DNA from: Candidatus Latescibacterota bacterium
GTDB lineage: Bacteria; Latescibacterota; UBA2968
Direction of reading: 5' to 3'
Assembly (NCBI GenBank): GCA_965205975.1
Contig: OZ242195.1
Span: 1,760,001-1,824,000 of the forward strand
Length of the DNA stretch: 64,000 nucleotides
The translations under genes and the position numbers were made by a program. Below the pieces are notes generated by a model. The model had not been told where the DNA came from, did not search any database, and saw nothing but the letters and a program-made list of their open reading frames with translations. This document shows positions 59,869-64,000 of this stretch, piece after piece. How positions within the stretch are numbered: the stretch's first letter is position 1; each line of letters begins with the position of its first letter.

Positions 59869-60471
59869 TTACTCGAGTTCAAATACACCCCACTTTGAGT
59901 CGGCTGAGTCCTTGAGGATTTCCCTGTCCGAAAGCAGGACATGAAATCTGTATCGACTGCCATTAACAGGCATCTGAGCATAGATCGAATAGCAACGCCT
60001 ACAAGCCGTTATCTTGATCTCTGTGTCGCAGGGGATACAGTCCCAAACCCCCAAAGGTTTTCTTTGACATCGCAGGCACTCGATTTGTTCGATCAGATTT
60101 TTGTTGCGTTCCCGAAATTTTTCCAACTCGCCAGAAACCACCATGGGACCTATATACGATACACCTGCAGAGTTGCACACCTTGCAGAATGACCTTTCGT
60201 CACCATCCATCGTTCGCCTTTCGCCCGAAAAGTCGTCGTACACCAGCAGGCAATGCCCACACGCGAAAATGCCCTCTTCGTCTGGCTCGCGGTCCTCAAA
60301 ACGCCTGAAATACGCCAGAATATCGGACTTATCACTATCGGGCAATTTCTCGAATGGCTGCATTTTGGTTCCACATTCATGGCAGCAACAGCCAAAGAAA
60401 CCCTTTGCCCATCGGCCAAAAGTTCCAAGGATTACGATAATGAGAATGGCTAAAATGATAAACGCTTCCAC
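59869..60471 (-). CDS. Membrane-anchored Cys-rich (six CxxC) hypothetical protein
   Basis: N-terminal TM; CHEC, CGHC, CKVC, CLRC, CIPC, CRRC; GAGG RBS before GTG. Confidence 0.72.
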   Translation of the reverse strand: MEAFIILAILIIVILGTFGRWAKGFFGCCCHECGTKMQPFEKLPDSDKSDILAYFRRFEDREPDEEGIFACGHCLLVYDDFSGERRTMDGDERSFCKVCNSAGVSYIGPMVVSGELEKFRERNKNLIEQIECLRCQRKPLGVWDCIPCDTEIKITACRRCYSIYAQMPVNGSRYRFHVLLSDREILKDSADSKWGVFELE

Positions 60472-60666
60472 AGTCGGTTCCTCATGTTAGTAGTTATCAC
60501 ACTTGCAACCACACCTGCTTACCTGTAGCTATGAGCTTTGCGATGGCGCACTGATTTTTCCAGAATTGGTAAATTGCATTAGAAAATTGAACATCTATCT
60601 CTTTCCTCTGATCTACGGGTTTTTAGCTCTATCCATCCCCGTTTTCACAGGGACATGCCTGCGGCT

Positions 60667-60888
60667 CTATTCAATCAATTCTTTACCACCGTGAACGCGA
60701 ATATCAACTTCAGGCAAGTGTTTATTCAGAATGTCTATGATGTGATCCTTCGGTCCGACAAAGATCATGATCATATTTTCTGGCACAAAAAACTTCTCGA
60801 GATAGTCACGTACCTCATCATCGGTAACCGACGTAGAACCGCCTTTGTGAGTTGGCGGATTATAGATGGATAAACCGTTGCACGTCAT
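60667..60888 (-). pseudogene. 73-aa ORF resembling the C-terminal fragment of an M16 (insulinase/PqqF-like) peptidase
   Basis: VTDDEVRDYLEKFFVPENMIMIFVGP matches the M16 inactive-domain pattern; ATGA overlap with the ABC gene. Confidence 0.55.
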
Positions 60889-62600
60889 ATACTCGCTGTT
60901 TTTTTATTTAAATGAGCATAAACCCCATCTTGCATAGTCAGCCACTCAGGCGTGCCCTGCTCTGCGATCTGTCCCTCATCCAATACCACAATTTCATCTG
61001 CGTTTTGAATGGTCGATAGCCGATGTGCGATGATGATTGTCGTCCTTCCTTTTCGCACGGTTTTCAATGCTTCTTGAATGTGATATTCAGATTCCATATC
61101 CAAGGCGGCAGTAGGTTCATCTAAAATCAAAATGGGCGTGTCCATCAACAGCACACGCGCCAAGGCAATGCGCTGTTTCTGCCCTTCAGACATCTGCGCC
61201 CCTTGTTCTCCTACCAGTGTTTCATATCCTTCGGGCAATGATGCGATGAAGTCGTGGATGTACGCAGCCTGTGTTGCAGCCTGAACATCTCGCAAAGGTA
61301 TGTCGTGTCCAAAGGTCAGGTTGTCCAAAATACTGCCCTGAAATAAGGTGCTACCCTGCATGGCGAATCCTACCTGCTGACGGACAGATTTTAAGCGGTA
61401 GTTCCGAATATCGTAACCATCAATAGACACATATCCCTCTTGCGGATCATAAAATCTCGGGATCAATTTGGCAAGTGTTGATTTGCCAGACCCACTCTTG
61501 CCGACCAGAGCAATGGTGGTCTGCGCGGGAATGTGCAGGTTGATGTGGCGCAAAACGGGTTGGTCTTCTTGATACGAAAAACACACACTGTGAAACCCGA
61601 TTTCACCTCTCACCTGTGGCAAGGAGGGCATATCAGGACGCTCCTGTATTTCGGGTTGCAAGTCATAGACCTCAAAAAAGCGATTGATGCGAACCAATGC
61701 CATTTCAACCTGTCCTACGAGACCGATGAGATTGCCGATTGGACCGTAGAGATATCCCACATACCCCGAAAAAGCCATATAACTGCCCAGAGAGAGATTG
61801 CCGTTTAGAACTTCTGTCCAACCGTACCAGCCATACGCCAAAGTACCCGCTGTTTTTACCAACGACCCGATAAACCCAAATCCCCCACTTAAATGCGTTG
61901 ACCGGATTCGCAATTTGGAAACATCAATAAAAATATCTCTGATCTTATAGTAAAACGCGGCTTCCAGTCCCAGTGCTTGCACAGTGCGAATGCCCGAAAG
62001 CGATTCGTATGATGTGGCAGATGACTCAGCCGAGGCTTCGGTTAATTTTTTAGACACTCTGCTAAGATATTTCTTTGAAATCATAACCAATACGGTATCG
62101 AAAGGTAGTACCGCCAGACTGATCAATGCCAGTTTCCAGTTAATATAAAGCAAAATAGGTGGAAAAATGAGCAACTGAAGCGAGTTCATAATCAGGCTGT
62201 TCACCATCCCTACGGTGCTATTGACAGAACTATCCATATCTCTAAATCGAGACAGGATTTCGCCCGTCTGCCGGTTGTCAAAAAAGCTGAAGTCCAGCGA
62301 TTGTATGTGGGAATAGAGTCGCGATTTGAAATCCAACCCCATGTTGACACCCACATAACGCGCGAAATAAGTGCTCAACAGATTTGTGAATCCCAATCCT
62401 GTCGAGAGCACAGCACCCAAAATCAGAATAAAGGTCAGGAGCGTGTAGTCTTTGTGCGGATACACATCATCAATCAAAACCTTAGTGATGTACGGTCCCG
62501 GAATTTGCAAAAACATGACCATGATGCCCACGAGAAGAGACTGAAAGATAAACCGCCAGTAAGGACGGAGCATTTTGATGATTTTGAATATCTGGCGCAT
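60885..62600 (-). CDS. ABC exporter (TMD plus NBD, no C39 peptidase domain), probable peptide exporter
   Basis: FFDNRQTGEILSRF, GKSGSGKST, MSEGQKQR, ILDEPTAALD. Confidence 0.88.
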   Translation of the reverse strand: MRQIFKIIKMLRPYWRFIFQSLLVGIMVMFLQIPGPYITKVLIDDVYPHKDYTLLTFILILGAVLSTGLGFTNLLSTYFARYVGVNMGLDFKSRLYSHIQSLDFSFFDNRQTGEILSRFRDMDSSVNSTVGMVNSLIMNSLQLLIFPPILLYINWKLALISLAVLPFDTVLVMISKKYLSRVSKKLTEASAESSATSYESLSGIRTVQALGLEAAFYYKIRDIFIDVSKLRIRSTHLSGGFGFIGSLVKTAGTLAYGWYGWTEVLNGNLSLGSYMAFSGYVGYLYGPIGNLIGLVGQVEMALVRINRFFEVYDLQPEIQERPDMPSLPQVRGEIGFHSVCFSYQEDQPVLRHINLHIPAQTTIALVGKSGSGKSTLAKLIPRFYDPQEGYVSIDGYDIRNYRLKSVRQQVGFAMQGSTLFQGSILDNLTFGHDIPLRDVQAATQAAYIHDFIASLPEGYETLVGEQGAQMSEGQKQRIALARVLLMDTPILILDEPTAALDMESEYHIQEALKTVRKGRTTIIIAHRLSTIQNADEIVVLDEGQIAEQGTPEWLTMQDGVYAHLNKKTASI

Positions 62601-62887
62601 TGGATCGTACCGTGGTATTTCAAAAGAAGGTCTATAACGAATGCCGAAAGCGTGTCATCTATCAGGACTGGCGTTGTGCCTATACGTTGACGAGCCTGCC
62701 GCAGAGTACAGTACTTTGATATAGTGGCCTATGAAAACCGGTTTGCAGACTGCCCTACCTCCGGTAGGCAGGCACGCGGGCAAGAGGTAGATAGGCGCGA
62801 ACACAACATAGCGATCCACCGTCGAGAAATTATTATGGGTGTTCAACACACTCCTATAAGACAATACGGTAAGCATTGAACACCCAA

Positions 62888-63368
62888 TGATCAGAGGTCA
62901 TATATTTTGTTCTTCTAAGCGGCTATCAATGATTAAATCCGAAATTCATTTGATCTTTTGACATCCGCTAATTACCCTCATCCTTCTTCTTTTCTTCCTC
63001 CTCTTCATCCTCTGTTTCTATTTCCGGTACAGGCGGTTCCTTTGGAGGACTTTCATCGTGGCAAGCCACCCAACAAGATTGATATGATGAGGCTAATCCA
63101 GTAACGGTCGCCGCGATGGCTGCGCCACCTGGTCCACCGCCACCAAAACCTGCCCCAAGAGCAGATGCCAACATGTTTGATCCAACTGTATTCACGGCAT
63201 CTTCATGCACTTCTTGAACTGCTTGGTTACGCTGATGAATTTCTAAACTTCTTTCGAGAGCCCTTTGCTCAGCAATAGGCGTTTCAGTGGTATCCACCTC
63301 CACTGTCGGCATAGGGAGATTCAGATTCATGGTTTACTCCTTTCTTGAAAAGTGATGACCTCTGATCA
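62888..63368. repeat. Perfect 14-bp inverted repeat flanking the precursor-like gene
   Basis: TGATCAGAGGTCAT at 62888-62901 and ATGACCTCTGATCA at 63355-63368. Confidence 0.85.
62968..63330 (-). CDS. Putative RiPP/bacteriocin precursor (120 aa)
   Basis: AAAGGAG RBS; acidic leader, Gly/Ala-rich hydrophobic core, SCWVACH, Pro/Glu-rich tail; lies between a CAAX protease and an ABC exporter. Confidence 0.6.
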   Translation of the reverse strand: MNLNLPMPTVEVDTTETPIAEQRALERSLEIHQRNQAVQEVHEDAVNTVGSNMLASALGAGFGGGGPGGAAIAATVTGLASSYQSCWVACHDESPPKEPPVPEIETEDEEEEEKKKDEGN

Positions 63369-64000
63369 AAAAATAAAAAATTCTCTATATTGAAATACCA
63401 CTATAGCGACCAAATTCGCAATAGAATGAAACACAAAGCTTGCGGTTAGTGAATTTGTACGTTCTACTAAGTATGCTGTTACCAAACCATATAAGAATAC
63501 AAAAGGAAGGTTTGTAACAGCTAACCAGTATTGAAAATGGTATGCTGTAAAAATGATGGCTGAAATTAAAACGGCATTTCGTTCGAGATAACGTTTACGT
63601 AAGGTTCTGTACAACATCCCTCGAAAGTACAATTCTTCTTGAAATGGAATTAAAAATCCCATCACTATTATTTGGTTATAAAATATCGCCCCAGAATACT
63701 TCGCGGGTATGTTGTCAAAATTTACGATTTTCCAGTTCCATATAAGTGACAGGAAAGCACCGAGGATTAAAGCAAAAACGATATCTTGAGTTTGAGGAGC
63801 CTGGATACCCCATATTTTCCTGAGTGATAACTTCACTTTTTTATATTGCCATATAAGAAATGCAAGAAAGGCAAGTATCAAAACCAATCCGAGATATATT
63901 TGCCCAATAAGAACAATATTTTGAACCTTTAAACCCCATCTGTTGACGTGATTAAAATGTGCCATCAAAAGGCCAAACACGGCAATAACTACGAAACCGA
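63366..64000 (-). CDS. CPBP (CAAX/Abi) intramembrane glutamic protease; start near or beyond the right edge
   Basis: EELYFRG, FTAYH, FHSIAN motifs; multi-TM. Confidence 0.88.
   Translation of the reverse strand, partial: GFVVIAVFGLLMAHFNHVNRWGLKVQNIVLIGQIYLGLVLILAFLAFLIWQYKKVKLSLRKIWGIQAPQTQDIVFALILGAFLSLIWNWKIVNFDNIPAKYSGAIFYNQIIVMGFLIPFQEELYFRGMLYRTLRKRYLERNAVLISAIIFTAYHFQYWLAVTNLPFVFLYGLVTAYLVERTNSLTASFVFHSIANLVAIVVFQYREFFIF

Noticed and set aside
62655..62876. 73-aa ORF between the precursor and the exporter
   Set aside because: No clear RBS; it runs through two palindromes and its PACLPTG stretch is just the palindrome translated
63058..63075. CWVACH as a c-type cytochrome heme site
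   Set aside because: Non-canonical spacing, no signal peptide, no cytochrome-like fold context; kept only as a possible modification motif

Overview
Bacterial chromosomal window, gene-dense, from an outer-membrane-bearing heterotroph. The gene repertoire is reminiscent of Latescibacterota/PVC-like or sponge-symbiont MAGs, but that is inference only. Left to right: (1) the start of a bacterial microcompartment operon (PduL, two BMC-H, EutN/CcmL, EutE-like aldehyde dehydrogenase running off the left edge); (2) a surface-glycan cluster (Wzi-like, three GT-C enzymes, O-antigen ligase-like, GT2, DegT aminotransferase, MraY/WecA-methyltransferase fusion); (3) a sigma54-promoter-led COG3014/LpoB lipoprotein operon; (4) many catabolic genes (ROK, GGT, M20 deacylase, XDH-family molybdoenzyme plus MoaD, tartronate semialdehyde reductase-like, FGGY kinase, hydantoinase/oxoprolinase A/B, class V aminotransferase, FNR, Ldh_2, HpcH aldolase); (5) tRNA-Gly(GCC); (6) an Opp/Dpp ABC operon with a frameshifted permease and stacked insertions (nucleotidyltransferase pair, 63-bp-repeat coiled-coil protein, truncated four-helix-bundle gene); (7) a TA/defence-like cassette in which an intact IS982 has split a large HEPN-like protein from its antitoxin-like tail and PIN toxin; (8) at the right edge, a candidate RiPP/bacteriocin locus (CAAX protease, Gly/Ala-rich precursor-like ORF bracketed by a perfect 14-bp inverted repeat, ABC exporter, M16 peptidase fragment). 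Short 7-10-nt tandem repeats and duplicated gene ends recur at gene junctions where cassettes sit. All product calls are motif recognition by eye; no searches were run.
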